Shown: positions 36,506 through 49,842 of the stretch, piece after piece
Layout of the letters: every line of letters begins with the position of its first letter
How positions within the stretch are numbered: position 1 is the first letter of the stretch
NCBI GenBank assembly: GCA_050250895.1
Contig: JBFWNU010000014.1
Coordinates: 1 to 59,879 of the forward strand
Length of the DNA stretch: 59,879 bases
Reading direction: 5' to 3'
From: Vulcanimicrobiota bacterium
GTDB lineage: Bacteria > Vulcanimicrobiota > Xenobia > Xenobiales > JADMJV01
Position numbers and translations under genes: made by a program
The notes under the pieces: model-generated
Told to the model about the DNA's origin: nothing
What the model saw: the letters and a program-made list of their open reading frames with translations, nothing else
Database searches by the model: none

Positions 36506-37682
36506 CCAGCGCCTCGTCGGCGTCGAGGCGACCGGCTCCCTGGGCCAGAGGGTCGATGCCGGCCAGAGGGTCGGCCGTCTCCATCAGGATGGTCTTGATC
36601 TGCTGGTGGGTGAGTTCGGGGTTGGCTTCCAGCATCAGGGCAGCCAGACCGGCCACCATCGGGGTCGCCTGCGAGGTTCCGTCGAGACTCAGATATTCGC
36701 GCCAGTGAGGCCAATCCGAGTGGTCCAGTTCGGAACCGGGCGAGAGAGGGCCGTAGACACCGACGCCGGGAGCTACCAAATCGGGCTTGTGAACCCCGTC
36801 CGGGCGGGTGGGGCCGTGACTCGAGAAGGCGTACATCTTGTCATCCTCGTGTCCGGGAGTGGCCTGATCGTCGAGGGCCCCCACCGTGATAGCCTCGGGC
36901 AGCAGACCAGGGGTCGAGATGGTGCCCGGGCAGACATCGCTGCGGCATTCGTTGCCGGCCGCCACCACTACCACCAGACCGGCGTCGATGGCTTTCTGGG
37001 TGGCCTGAGCGAACGGGTCTTTGGCATAAGGCAGACGAGGATTGTCGCCCAGCGACATGTTCACCACTTGAATGCCCAGCCGCTCTTTGTTGGCGATCAC
37101 CCACTCGAGCCCGCGGATAGCTTCGCGGGCGTTGGTGATGCGCACTCCCACCAGGTTGGCTTCGGGGGCCACTCCGCTCATGTGAGGGCCGTGGCCGGCC
37201 AGAATTCCGCTGACGTTGGTGCCGTGACCGTGGGGGTCGTAGGCCGAGTTGCGGCCCGATGTCATGTCGGCGAAGCCTTTGATGCGCTGTTCGAAGTCGG
37301 CGTGGGGATAGAGCCCCGAGTCGATCACCGCCACCGTCACTCCTTTGCCCGTCAAGCCTTGTTGATGCAGCCGTTCCAAGCCATCGGGTCTGGCGATAAA
37401 CGGAGCCTCGTCGCCCGTAGGTGCAGACCTCTGGCTGAACTCGGCTTCACCCGGCTCGATGTAGTGAATCGGCTCGTCGATACGCAACGTGGCCTCGGCT
37501 GGAAGCAGGTCGCGGAACTGCTCGAACTTGTCCTCGGGTACCTCGAAGACATAGCCGTTGACCAGGTCGAGCTTCTCTTTGGGGACCAGACAGAGTTCGT
37601 CGCCGCAACGACGCGTGACGGCGGTTCGGTCGTAACGGTCGGGCAGTCCGACGATGACTGGCAAGGCTCTGGCTGGCTGCAT
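36477..37682 (-). CDS. Subtilisin-family (S8) serine peptidase, AprX-like
   Basis: VIDSG, HGT, AAGN, GTSQATP. Confidence 0.9.
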   Translation of the reverse strand: MQPARALPVIVGLPDRYDRTAVTRRCGDELCLVPKEKLDLVNGYVFEVPEDKFEQFRDLLPAEATLRIDEPIHYIEPGEAEFSQRSAPTGDEAPFIARPDGLERLHQQGLTGKGVTVAVIDSGLYPHADFEQRIKGFADMTSGRNSAYDPHGHGTNVSGILAGHGPHMSGVAPEANLVGVRITNAREAIRGLEWVIANKERLGIQVVNMSLGDNPRLPYAKDPFAQATQKAIDAGLVVVVAAGNECRSDVCPGTISTPGLLPEAITVGALDDQATPGHEDDKMYAFSSHGPTRPDGVHKPDLVAPGVGVYGPLSPGSELDHSDWPHWREYLSLDGTSQATPMVAGLAALMLEANPELTHQQIKTILMETADPLAGIDPLAQGAGRLDADEALARSSRSFPE

Positions 37683-37717
37683 GCAGACAGCCTAGTCGTC
37701 ACTTCCAGGGCGGAGCG

Positions 37718-38371
37718 TTACGATTTTGTAAACACAACCCGGGTATTGCCTATCCGAAGGCGATCTCCAGGGCGCAGCACGATCGTGTCGTCGCCGCGCA
37801 ATTCGGTGCTCCAGGTGGCTCCGTCGACGGTGCGGGTGACGAAGATATCGATCTCTTCCTCAGAGGCCTGCGAGACCTGAAAGGTCTGATCCTTCTGCAC
37901 CCACCCGAAGGCCAGGGCGGTACCCACCTGGGTCACGCACTGAGGTCGGGTCAGCGTATGTCGCTCGTCGGTGCGGCCGTCGAATAGGTAAAATCCGCTG
38001 TCGCCTTCGTCGAGCATCGTCTCGGTGTCGCGGGGACTGGCCGAGGGCACCATCTCGACCGTCATGCATACGGTTCCAACCCGCAAGGTGTCGCCGATCT
38101 GGAGTCGGTGCTGCTCGATGGGCTGATCGTTGATCACGGTGGGGTTGGTCTGAGAACGATGGCTGAGCACGAACGCGCCCTCGGCTTCGTCCCAGTTCAA
38201 CTCGGCATGCAGTCGCGAGACGGTGTGGTCGTCGAGGAAGATCCATCCTTCGAAGCCGTCTTGGGGCTGGTTGCTGCGCCCCAGCCGCATGGTCGGATAG
38301 CGCAGCGGGTAGAGGGTGCCGAGCCCGGGACCGCCGGTGACCCGTAGTTGCAGACTAGCGGTAAAATTCAC
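37718..38371 (-). CDS. FHA-domain protein (second degenerate FHA-like domain at C-terminus)
   Basis: LGR, VSRLHA, SQTNPT-IN, LQIGD-LRVG. Confidence 0.85.
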   Translation of the reverse strand: MNFTASLQLRVTGGPGLGTLYPLRYPTMRLGRSNQPQDGFEGWIFLDDHTVSRLHAELNWDEAEGAFVLSHRSQTNPTVINDQPIEQHRLQIGDTLRVGTVCMTVEMVPSASPRDTETMLDEGDSGFYLFDGRTDERHTLTRPQCVTQVGTALAFGWVQKDQTFQVSQASEEEIDIFVTRTVDGATWSTELRGDDTIVLRPGDRLRIGNTRVVFTKS

Positions 38372-38457
38372 CCCTCCCCATACGACAAGTTTCGTCGGCC
38401 CCCTGCGCGCACATCCGTTCGAAAGGTTGAGAAACTTTCACGGAGAACTAACCCTTG

Positions 38458-40908
38458 ATGGCTCTGGAACATGTCCTCTCTCGCTTTGTCCGCGACGAGA
38501 CCAAGAAAGGCAACCTTGCCGCCCTGAAAACGGTCGAACCGCGCGCGGCCGACTATCGCGATTGGCCCGACCGGCTGCGTCCCGAACTGGTCGAGGCCAT
38601 GGTGGGCCGCGGCATCGCGCGACCCTATTCGCATCAGGCCGAAGCCATCGAACTGGTGCTCGAGGGTCATCACACCGTGGTGGTGACTCCCACCGCCTCA
38701 GGCAAGACGGTGTGTTACAACCTGCCGGTGGTTCACTCGGTGCTTGAGGATCCCACCTCGCGCGCCCTCTACATGTTTCCCACCAAGGCTCTCAGCCAGG
38801 ACCAGCTGGCCGAGCTGATGGCTCTCGATCAGGCGGCCGGCACCCGGTTGGGCGTTTTTACCTACGATGGCGATACTCCCAGCGACGCTCGCCGGGCCAT
38901 CCGCTCGCGGGGGCACGTGGTCATCACCAATCCCGACATGCTGCACACCGGTATCTTGCCGCATCACACCAAGTGGTCGCGCTTTTTTGGCAACCTCCGC
39001 TACGTCATTCTCGACGAGTTGCACACCTATCGCGGTGTCTTCGGCAGTCATCTGGCCAATGTCTTGCGCAGGCTGCGGCGCATCTGCGAGTTTCACGGGG
39101 CCAATCCCACCTTCATTATGTGCTCGGCCACCATCGCCAATCCCAAGGAGCTGGCCGAGAAATTGATCGAGGATACGGTTCGCCTGGTCGACCGCAACGG
39201 GGCTCCCGCGGGCAAGAAGACCATGGTCTTCTACAACCCGCCCATCCTCAACAAGGAGCTGGGCATTCGCCGCTCCTATCTGTCGGCCACCCGGCGCATC
39301 GCCTCGCTGTTTCTGCGTGAAGAGATTCGCAGCATCGTGTTTGCCTCGTCGCGACTCAATGTCGAGGTGCTCACCCGCTATCTCAAAGACCGGTTCGAGC
39401 GCACTCGCGCCGAAGAGGGTCGTATTCGAGGCTACCGAGGCGGTTATCTTCCCAGCGCCCGGCGCGAGATCGAAAAGGGCCTGCGTGAAGGCGAGATCCA
39501 CGGGGTGGTCAGCACCAACGCCCTGGAGCTTGGCATTGACATCGGGGCGCTCGAGGTGGCCATTCTGGCGGGCTATCCCGGCACTGTGGCCAGTACCTGG
39601 CAGCAGGCCGGGCGAGCCGGCCGACGCCAGGGCGAGGCAGCCGTCATCCTGGTGGGTCGCAGCGACCCTCTCGACCAGTTCTTGATGCAGCATCCCGATT
39701 ATTTCTTCGGAGCCAGTCCCGAACACGCCCTGGTCAATCCCGACAACCTGGCGATTCTGGTCAGCCATATCAAGTGCGCCACCTTCGAGTTGCCCCTCGA
39801 AGAGGGCGAAAAGTTCGGCACGGCCGAGGTCACCGAGATCGCCGAATTTCTGGCCGAGAAGGGCGTGCTCCACAAGTCGGGCAACCAGTTCCACTGGACT
39901 CAAGAGGCCTACCCGGCCGACGGCATCTCGTTGCGTAGCGCCTCGCCCGAGAACTTCGTCATCATGGATCTCGACCGCAACAACCGGGTCATCGCCGAGG
40001 TGGATTGGTCGGCCGCCCCCTCCACCGTCTATGAAGACGCCATTTACATGTGCGAGGGCAAGACCTACCACGTCAAGCGCCTCGACTATGACCAGCGTCG
40101 GGCCTACGTGCGGGCGGTGGGGGTCGACTATTATACCGATGCCATCACCTCGACCTCGGTCAAGATTCTCGACGGCTTCGAGCGGGAGGAGCGGGAATCG
40201 TTGGTCACTCGCGAGCATGGTGAGGTGCATGTGACCTGGCGGGTCTCGGGCTTCAAAAAGATCAAATTCGATTCCCGCGAGAATGTCGGCTATGGAGAGG
40301 TCAATCTGCCCGACCACGAGATGCATACCACCAGCTTCTGGCTCACCCTCGACCACGGTCTGCTGGCCAATCTGGGCTACGCCCGCAGCGACTTACTCGA
40401 TGGCGTGGTGGGACTAGCCTATGCTCTGCATCATCTGGCTCCCTTCTATTTGATGTGTGACATCCACGACCTCAATCGGTGTGTCGGTGATCGCGCGGCC
40501 AACTGGTTCGCTGATGAAGAGCGGCAGGGTAGGGGAAGAATCCAACTGGGCGACGAGAGTGACGAGCCCGAGCAGAGTCAGGAGACCTGGCTGCGCATCG
40601 GCGTGTTGCCCGAATCGAACCAGGACCAGCTGAGCCAGCGGCTTGACGAACTGGGGGTCTTCGAGCCTACCATCTTTCTCTACGACAACTACCCCGGCGG
40701 AATGGGCTTCTCTCCCCAACTCTACGACCAATTCGACGAGCTTTTGGCCCACGCTCGCCACCTGCTCGAGAACTGTCCCTGCGAGTCGGGCTGTCCGTCG
40801 TGCGTGGGGCCGCCCAACGAGGTGGGCAATCTCGCCCGCGAAGTCGGCTTGAGCATTCTCAAAGGGCTTGAAGTCGGCGCCAATCCGCTGCTGGCGGCGG
40901 GGGTCTGA
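38458..40908 (+). CDS. MrfA/YprA/Hrq1-type DEAH helicase with DUF1998 zinc domain
   Basis: TASGKT, PTKAL-QDQ, DELH, SATIANP, QQAGRAGRR, C...CPC-x-x-GCPSC. Confidence 0.92.
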   Translation: MALEHVLSRFVRDETKKGNLAALKTVEPRAADYRDWPDRLRPELVEAMVGRGIARPYSHQAEAIELVLEGHHTVVVTPTASGKTVCYNLPVVHSVLEDPTSRALYMFPTKALSQDQLAELMALDQAAGTRLGVFTYDGDTPSDARRAIRSRGHVVITNPDMLHTGILPHHTKWSRFFGNLRYVILDELHTYRGVFGSHLANVLRRLRRICEFHGANPTFIMCSATIANPKELAEKLIEDTVRLVDRNGAPAGKKTMVFYNPPILNKELGIRRSYLSATRRIASLFLREEIRSIVFASSRLNVEVLTRYLKDRFERTRAEEGRIRGYRGGYLPSARREIEKGLREGEIHGVVSTNALELGIDIGALEVAILAGYPGTVASTWQQAGRAGRRQGEAAVILVGRSDPLDQFLMQHPDYFFGASPEHALVNPDNLAILVSHIKCATFELPLEEGEKFGTAEVTEIAEFLAEKGVLHKSGNQFHWTQEAYPADGISLRSASPENFVIMDLDRNNRVIAEVDWSAAPSTVYEDAIYMCEGKTYHVKRLDYDQRRAYVRAVGVDYYTDAITSTSVKILDGFEREERESLVTREHGEVHVTWRVSGFKKIKFDSRENVGYGEVNLPDHEMHTTSFWLTLDHGLLANLGYARSDLLDGVVGLAYALHHLAPFYLMCDIHDLNRCVGDRAANWFADEERQGRGRIQLGDESDEPEQSQETWLRIGVLPESNQDQLSQRLDELGVFEPTIFLYDNYPGGMGFSPQLYDQFDELLAHARHLLENCPCESGCPSCVGPPNEVGNLAREVGLSILKGLEVGANPLLAAGV

Positions 40909-41210
40909 TGCTGCCACCACTGACTCCGCAAGAACTTGCCGAATTCTCCGACCGGGTGGTCGAGGGCACCATCGAAAGCCTTACTCAAAAGGTGGTCGAA
41001 GTCAAAGATGGCACCAACATCGTCTATCAGGCGAGCCTCGGCGGGGTCGAATTTACCTTCTGGCAGGTCGACCAGCGTCCCATGGGCTGGGCGGGTCCCT
41101 GCGGCCAGGTCGATTGTCCCGAGCAAGGTCAGACGGGGCGGGCCTATCTGCGCCAGGGCGACGACGGCCGACTTCACTTGCTCGAGCCCAACGGGTGGCA
41201 ACCCGGTTGA
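40908..41210 (+). CDS. Hypothetical protein
   Basis: Start overlaps the helicase stop (TGATG). Confidence 0.6.
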   Translation: MLPPLTPQELAEFSDRVVEGTIESLTQKVVEVKDGTNIVYQASLGGVEFTFWQVDQRPMGWAGPCGQVDCPEQGQTGRAYLRQGDDGRLHLLEPNGWQPG

Positions 41211-41343
41211 AACTTCTGGGCAATGTTTTTGCAACAAATTTTTAACACCGTCCGAGAGATTTCCAAATGCTCTTCACGGACGGCCGGCTACCATCGGTGT
41301 ATAGGACCGGGCCCACCCGGCCAGAACCGAGGAGAGAGTGTGC

Positions 41344-41751
41344 ATGAATTCCGTTGACCGTCTGATGGAAGAGTTCGAGAACGTCGCGCTCACGGTGCGA
41401 CAGTCCCCCAACGCCAACGCTGTGATTCCTGGCTTGGTGGTGGTGGAGGACCGCCCCCTCAACCGCTACCGCAACTCGGTGGCCAACGCCGCCCTCACTT
41501 ACAGCGAGCGCTCCAGCGGCAGCCGGTTCATGGACAGCGTCGGTCGGCTGAGCCTGCGCGAGACCTGCCTGTGCAACGGGGTGACCGTCGAGCAGCACTG
41601 GTCCTACGAGCGCAACGGGCAGGCCGAGAAGTATGTCTTTGTGCGTTCCTTCAAGGAGATCGGCTGGCGCGACCGCACCACCCTCGAGCGCAGCTTGGAA
41701 GACGATCAGGTGGTTTTCGCTACCTCCCGCGAGAAGCTCCAACAGGCTTAA
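41344..41751 (+). CDS. Hypothetical protein
   Basis: GAGGAG SD; strong GC3 bias. Confidence 0.7.
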   Translation: MNSVDRLMEEFENVALTVRQSPNANAVIPGLVVVEDRPLNRYRNSVANAALTYSERSSGSRFMDSVGRLSLRETCLCNGVTVEQHWSYERNGQAEKYVFVRSFKEIGWRDRTTLERSLEDDQVVFATSREKLQQA

Positions 41752-42219
41752 GTGAATTACAAGGTGGTGGCCGGTGACCTGCTCGACCAGCCGGTCGAGG
41801 TCATCGTCAACGCCTGGAACCGCAACGTCATTCCCTGGTGGCTGTTGTGGCCTCAGGGCGTCTCCCGGGCCATCAAGCGCAAAGCCGGAACCGAGCCCTT
41901 TCGCGAGGTCGCCCGTCACGGGCCCATTCCGTTGGGGGGTGCCGTCTTGACCGGGGCCGGGCGACTGGGTTTCAAAGCCATCATTCACGTGGCCGGCATC
42001 AACCTGCTCTGGCGCGCCAGCGAAGGGTCCATCCGCGATTCGGTCAAGAACGCGATGGCGATCTATACCGAGCACGACTTTCGCTCCATCGCTTTTCCTC
42101 TCATCGGGGCCCACTCCGGAGGCTTCTCGCCCGAAAAGTCTCGCGCTCTGATCGAAGAAGAGCTAAAGGCCTGGATTGCTCCAGGCCTGGCTCTGGTCGT
42201 CGAGTATGTGCCTCGCTAG
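41752..42219 (+). CDS. Macro-domain (ADP-ribose-binding) protein
   Basis: GDLL, IVNAWN, GVS-AI, IIHVAG, SIAFPLIG-x-x-GG. Confidence 0.88.
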   Translation: MNYKVVAGDLLDQPVEVIVNAWNRNVIPWWLLWPQGVSRAIKRKAGTEPFREVARHGPIPLGGAVLTGAGRLGFKAIIHVAGINLLWRASEGSIRDSVKNAMAIYTEHDFRSIAFPLIGAHSGGFSPEKSRALIEEELKAWIAPGLALVVEYVPR

Positions 42220-42229
42220 TCGTTCGTGA

Positions 42230-44302
42230 TTAAGCCAGTTCGATGATCCCGGCCACATCGCCGTCGAGGGTGATGTAGTTGCCGTCGCCCCGTTCGTAGC
42301 CAGCGTTGCCGTCCACGCGATTGACGGCGTCGAAGCGACCGTCCGCCAGCACGACGTTGGCAGCGTCTACCATTTCGGTGATGGCGTCGAGGCGATCGGC
42401 GCCCTCGGGCAGGTGGTCGTAGATCCGACCCACCAGGGCAGCGGCGTCTTCGTCGCGCGAGGCGAATTCTTCATAGTCGATCTCGCCCGACAGATAGTCG
42501 AGGAAGTCGTCGTTCTCGCCGAGGTCGGCCACTCGCTCGACATCGGCCTTGTAGACCTGGTTGGCGGTGCCCGAGTTGCCGGGATCGGCGTAGGCGAAAG
42601 CTTCGCCATACTGAGCAACGGTTTCGAAGGCCGCCTGCGACTCCTGGTCGAGCACCGTCTGAGCGCGGTTGATGTCGTCACGGTTGAACTTTCCGTCCAC
42701 GGTGTCGCCATTGTCCGAGTCGTCGGCGCCGTCAACCAGGGCCAGCAGGTCGTCGTCGGCCAGCACGGTCTGGGCGGCTTGCTCGAGGCGGTCGGCCCGG
42801 GCATTGGCTTCTTCGGTGGTGTAGAACTCACCGGTTTCGGGATTGACCGAGTCGGTGAGATTGCCGACGTAGCCGTCGCGGTTCCAGTCGCCGTTGGTGT
42901 CGAATCGGCGCAGGTCCGAGTCTACCTCGGCGGTGTCGCCGCCGTCACCGTTGTCGGGGTCGGAGACCCAGTTGAAGTCTTCTTCGAGCACGCTCAAAGC
43001 TTCGTCGGCGGTCATGTCGGCCGGCTGAGTCGGCTCGGCGGCGGGGGGTTCTTCGGTGGCCGGGGGCTCTTCGGTGGCCGGGGGCTCCTCGGCCACCGGC
43101 TCGCTGCCGGGCTCGACTAGCTGGCCGTCTTCGTTGGCTACATAGGTGCGGTCGCCGATGGTGACCTGCTCGACGCCCTGGACATCCACGCTGGTGCCGT
43201 TCTCGAAGGTGACGGTGTTGTGGCCGGTCTCGGCATCAAACGACACCGTGGCGTTGCCGTTGCCGCTGATGGTGGCCGAGTCGTTGCCGCTGCCGCCCAC
43301 GATGGTGGCGGTATCGGCTTCTTCGCCGTTGACATCGAGAGTGATGTTGTCGTTGCCGACGCCGCCGCGCAGGTTGATGTCATCGGCTCCTTCGCCGCCG
43401 CTGGCGCTGACGTTGTCATTGCCGCCGCCGCCGTTGACGTTGATCTGGTCGCTACCGGCGCCGCCGTCGGCGGTCACTACATCGTTGCCGTGGCCGGCCA
43501 GCGAGTCGAGCTGGTTGTCGCCGTCGTTGCCGGCCAGGGTGATGTTGTCGGCTTCCTCGGTGCCGTCGCGGGTGATGTTGTTGGCCTCGCGAGTGGTGGG
43601 CACGACCAGGGTCTGGTCGGGGTGAATGGTGTAGTTGTCATCGAGGTCGTTGGCGGCGGCCACTTTGTCGAGCAAGCTCTGGCCGTCTTCACCGGCGCCG
43701 TAGATCTCCTCTACCGTGTAGCCCTGTTCGCGCAGGATGCCTTCGAGGTGATCGTTGGGGTTGTCATCGTTGGGATCCCAGGCCACCACGTCCACGGTGG
43801 TGGCGTTGTGTTCGCCCTGATAAGGATTTTCGGGATCGTTGACATCGAGAACTTCGTGCTCTTCTTCACCAGCGGGGGCCTCGGCCGCGGCCGGAGCTTC
43901 GGTTTCGGCCGGTGCTTCGGCTGCCGGGGCTTGACTCTCGGGGGCGGCCGTTTCGCCGGGGTCGACCGCATAAGCGACTACGGTGGCGTCTTCGCCGGCC
44001 TCGTCACTGTCGCTGGCTGCGCTGCTGCTATAAGTCTGAATCGCGTGGTTCCAGGCGGTGCTGCCCGACGAGGTGGGGGTGGCGTCGGCGCCGTTGCCCG
44101 AGCGGGCCACGGTGGTCTCGAGGTCGGGGTTCAGTCGCAGAGGGCGCACCGTCGGGCGGGGCTCGCTGGCGGGGGCAGCCGTGGTGGTGGCGGCGGCGTG
44201 GTCAGCGGCTGCCGGCGAGGTGGCCGGGGCGGGGGTGCGCGAGGTCACGCGGGTAGTGGTGGTGCTACGGGTGGTGGAGGGGCGTGCTGCGATGTCGTTC
44301 AT
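42230..44302 (-). CDS. Acidic extracellular-type protein with LysM-like domain, RTX-like GGxGxD repeats and Asp-rich Ca-binding-like motifs
   Basis: VAAANDLDDNYTIHPDQTLVVP; GGAGSD, GGGGND, GGEGAD, GGVGND, GGSGND; EEPPA x3. Confidence 0.75.
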   Translation of the reverse strand: MNDIAARPSTTRSTTTTRVTSRTPAPATSPAAADHAAATTTAAPASEPRPTVRPLRLNPDLETTVARSGNGADATPTSSGSTAWNHAIQTYSSSAASDSDEAGEDATVVAYAVDPGETAAPESQAPAAEAPAETEAPAAAEAPAGEEEHEVLDVNDPENPYQGEHNATTVDVVAWDPNDDNPNDHLEGILREQGYTVEEIYGAGEDGQSLLDKVAAANDLDDNYTIHPDQTLVVPTTREANNITRDGTEEADNITLAGNDGDNQLDSLAGHGNDVVTADGGAGSDQINVNGGGGNDNVSASGGEGADDINLRGGVGNDNITLDVNGEEADTATIVGGSGNDSATISGNGNATVSFDAETGHNTVTFENGTSVDVQGVEQVTIGDRTYVANEDGQLVEPGSEPVAEEPPATEEPPATEEPPAAEPTQPADMTADEALSVLEEDFNWVSDPDNGDGGDTAEVDSDLRRFDTNGDWNRDGYVGNLTDSVNPETGEFYTTEEANARADRLEQAAQTVLADDDLLALVDGADDSDNGDTVDGKFNRDDINRAQTVLDQESQAAFETVAQYGEAFAYADPGNSGTANQVYKADVERVADLGENDDFLDYLSGEIDYEEFASRDEDAAALVGRIYDHLPEGADRLDAITEMVDAANVVLADGRFDAVNRVDGNAGYERGDGNYITLDGDVAGIIELA

Positions 44303-44356
44303 AGCCACATTCTGCCAGGTGCTGGCTGGAAGTTGGCTGGAGGCGAGTTCCAAATG

Positions 44357-48052
<3,696 letters not shown>

Positions 48053-48145
48053 GACCCAGGTCGGTTCAACAGCAGGCCCGAGGGTGCCTGGTTTTCAGAC
48101 TTTTTTAGGCCGCCCGAAGTAGTCTGTGGTCGGAGGAAGAACGAA

Positions 48146-48559
48146 GTGCCAGGTGGTTCCGTAAAAAGATTCGCAGAGCCCTATCCCATCGACCGGCGAG
48201 CCCAGGGCGTGGCCGGACTGCTGGGTTGGATGGCCATCCGCCTCAGCGCCGTGCTCGGCGTCATCGGCGGCCTGCTCTTCGGCGCTTTCCTCGGGGGGTT
48301 AGCGGGACTGGTCGGCGGGTTCGGAATCCGCCGGGCCCATCTCATCGGTGGCCCTGGTCTTTGGGTGGTCAGCGATGTGCGCCGGAGCCTTTCCCACACT
48401 CACCTGCCCGGTTTCGTAGCCGGCGCTGTGGCCGCTCTCGTCGGGGCCGCCGTGGGCTTCTTGACCGGCCCCTTCTGGTTCCAGTTTGTCGGCTTCAACG
48501 GTGGCCGCGCCATGGGCGAGAACCTGGCCGAGCGTTGGTCCTCAAGCCTCGATTTCTAA
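48146..48559 (+). CDS. Hypothetical Gly-rich membrane protein
   Basis: GGAGG upstream of GTG; two GxxxG-rich hydrophobic segments. Confidence 0.55.
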   Translation: MPGGSVKRFAEPYPIDRRAQGVAGLLGWMAIRLSAVLGVIGGLLFGAFLGGLAGLVGGFGIRRAHLIGGPGLWVVSDVRRSLSHTHLPGFVAGAVAALVGAAVGFLTGPFWFQFVGFNGGRAMGENLAERWSSSLDF

Positions 48560-48614
48560 GAGCAGCATCCCACGGTTCCCCTCTTGTCATTCTAGAGCAG
48601 ATCGTCTAGCATGG

Positions 48615-48636
48615 TAGTTGACTATTTGGTCAACTA
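48615..48636. promoter_or_regulatory. Palindromic operator TAGTTGAC-N6-GTCAACTA
   Basis: Perfect 8-bp inverted repeat just upstream of the GST SD (GGAGG). Confidence 0.65.
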
Positions 48637-48649
48637 TTGGAGGTGCTCT

Positions 48650-49273
48650 ATGAAACTATACGGAGCCGATGTTTGTCCCTTTGTCCATCGCGTGCGACTG
48701 GCTCTTGGCCTCAAAGGCCTCGAACCCGACTATGTGGCCATCGATCTGGCCAACAAGCCAGACTGGTACCACGATGTCTTGCCCAGCGGCAAAGTTCCCC
48801 TGATCGAGCATGATGGCAACCGAATCTGGGAGTCGGTCATCATCCTGGAATATCTCGACGACGCCTTTCCCGACAAGCCTCTCTATCCCAAAGACCCGGG
48901 TCAGAAGGCGCGCACGCGCCTGGCCATCGAGTGGGTCACCAACGAGTTGGTGGCGCCATTTTACGGTCTATTGACCGGCAACGAAGAGGATCGGTCTCGC
49001 CTGAAAGAGACGCTAGAGACTCTCGAGCGCGACTACCTTAGAGACGAGTTTCTCAGCGGAAATAAGCCCGGGGCGCTCGACGTGGCCACCTATCCCTGGT
49101 TCGAGCGCATGGTCGTGCTCGAGCACTATCGCGACTTTGCTCTCGACGAAGGCCCGCTCAAGGCGTGGGCGGCGAGAATGGCTTCCCTCGAGGTCGCCAG
49201 AGCCACGGCTAATCCAGATTCGTACTATATCGACCTGTATACCCGCTACGCCCGCCAGGAGGCGGCAGTCTAG
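48650..49273 (+). CDS. Glutathione S-transferase (omega/Cys-type)
   Basis: CPFVHRV, KPDWY, GKVP, WES-x-I-EYLD. Confidence 0.92.
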   Translation: MKLYGADVCPFVHRVRLALGLKGLEPDYVAIDLANKPDWYHDVLPSGKVPLIEHDGNRIWESVIILEYLDDAFPDKPLYPKDPGQKARTRLAIEWVTNELVAPFYGLLTGNEEDRSRLKETLETLERDYLRDEFLSGNKPGALDVATYPWFERMVVLEHYRDFALDEGPLKAWAARMASLEVARATANPDSYYIDLYTRYARQEAAV

Positions 49274-49376
49274 AAGTTTACAGCCTGTTCGCGGATTTTT
49301 AACAAATTCTGTCCCGAGGAATAAATCGGGGGGATGCGAGGCCCTTATTCTGGTCATACCAGAGGAGGGAATCCGC

Positions 49377-49802
49377 ATGCACGCCAACCAGAAGCAACTA
49401 TCCAAACAGACCGCCGTCTATCAACTTCAGCAAAGAGCCAGACTCGAGCGATTCTCCTGTCTGGCCTCGGGCTACGAGCAAGCGGCCTGCTGTCTGGAAA
49501 ACGTGGCGGGAGAGACTCTCGACGACATTTATCGCGAGGCTCACCAGAGCGAGCGGTCCTGGTCGAAGCTTAAGCCCTGGATCATGGCCGCTTTCTGGCT
49601 GGCCACTTGCTGTCTGATCGGGGTGTTGGCCTGGGCGGCCGGCGCCACCAGCGCCGAATTGATGTTGTTCGCCATCTGTACGCCGTTCCTGGGCGTCGTG
49701 GCGGCTAGCATCGCGGCCGGGCTCTGCCACGACCAGATGGTTCGGAGCAACGAGATCCAGCAGGCCTGCGGCACCGCCTGGAGGCTGGCCACCGGAAGCT
49801 AA
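49377..49802 (+). CDS. Hypothetical 2-TM membrane protein
   Basis: GAGGAGG SD; two hydrophobic helices. Confidence 0.65.
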   Translation: MHANQKQLSKQTAVYQLQQRARLERFSCLASGYEQAACCLENVAGETLDDIYREAHQSERSWSKLKPWIMAAFWLATCCLIGVLAWAAGATSAELMLFAICTPFLGVVAASIAAGLCHDQMVRSNEIQQACGTAWRLATGS

Positions 49803-49842
49803 TCCTCACAGGACTGCCCGCCGGGGCGCGGAACTTGCCTGG

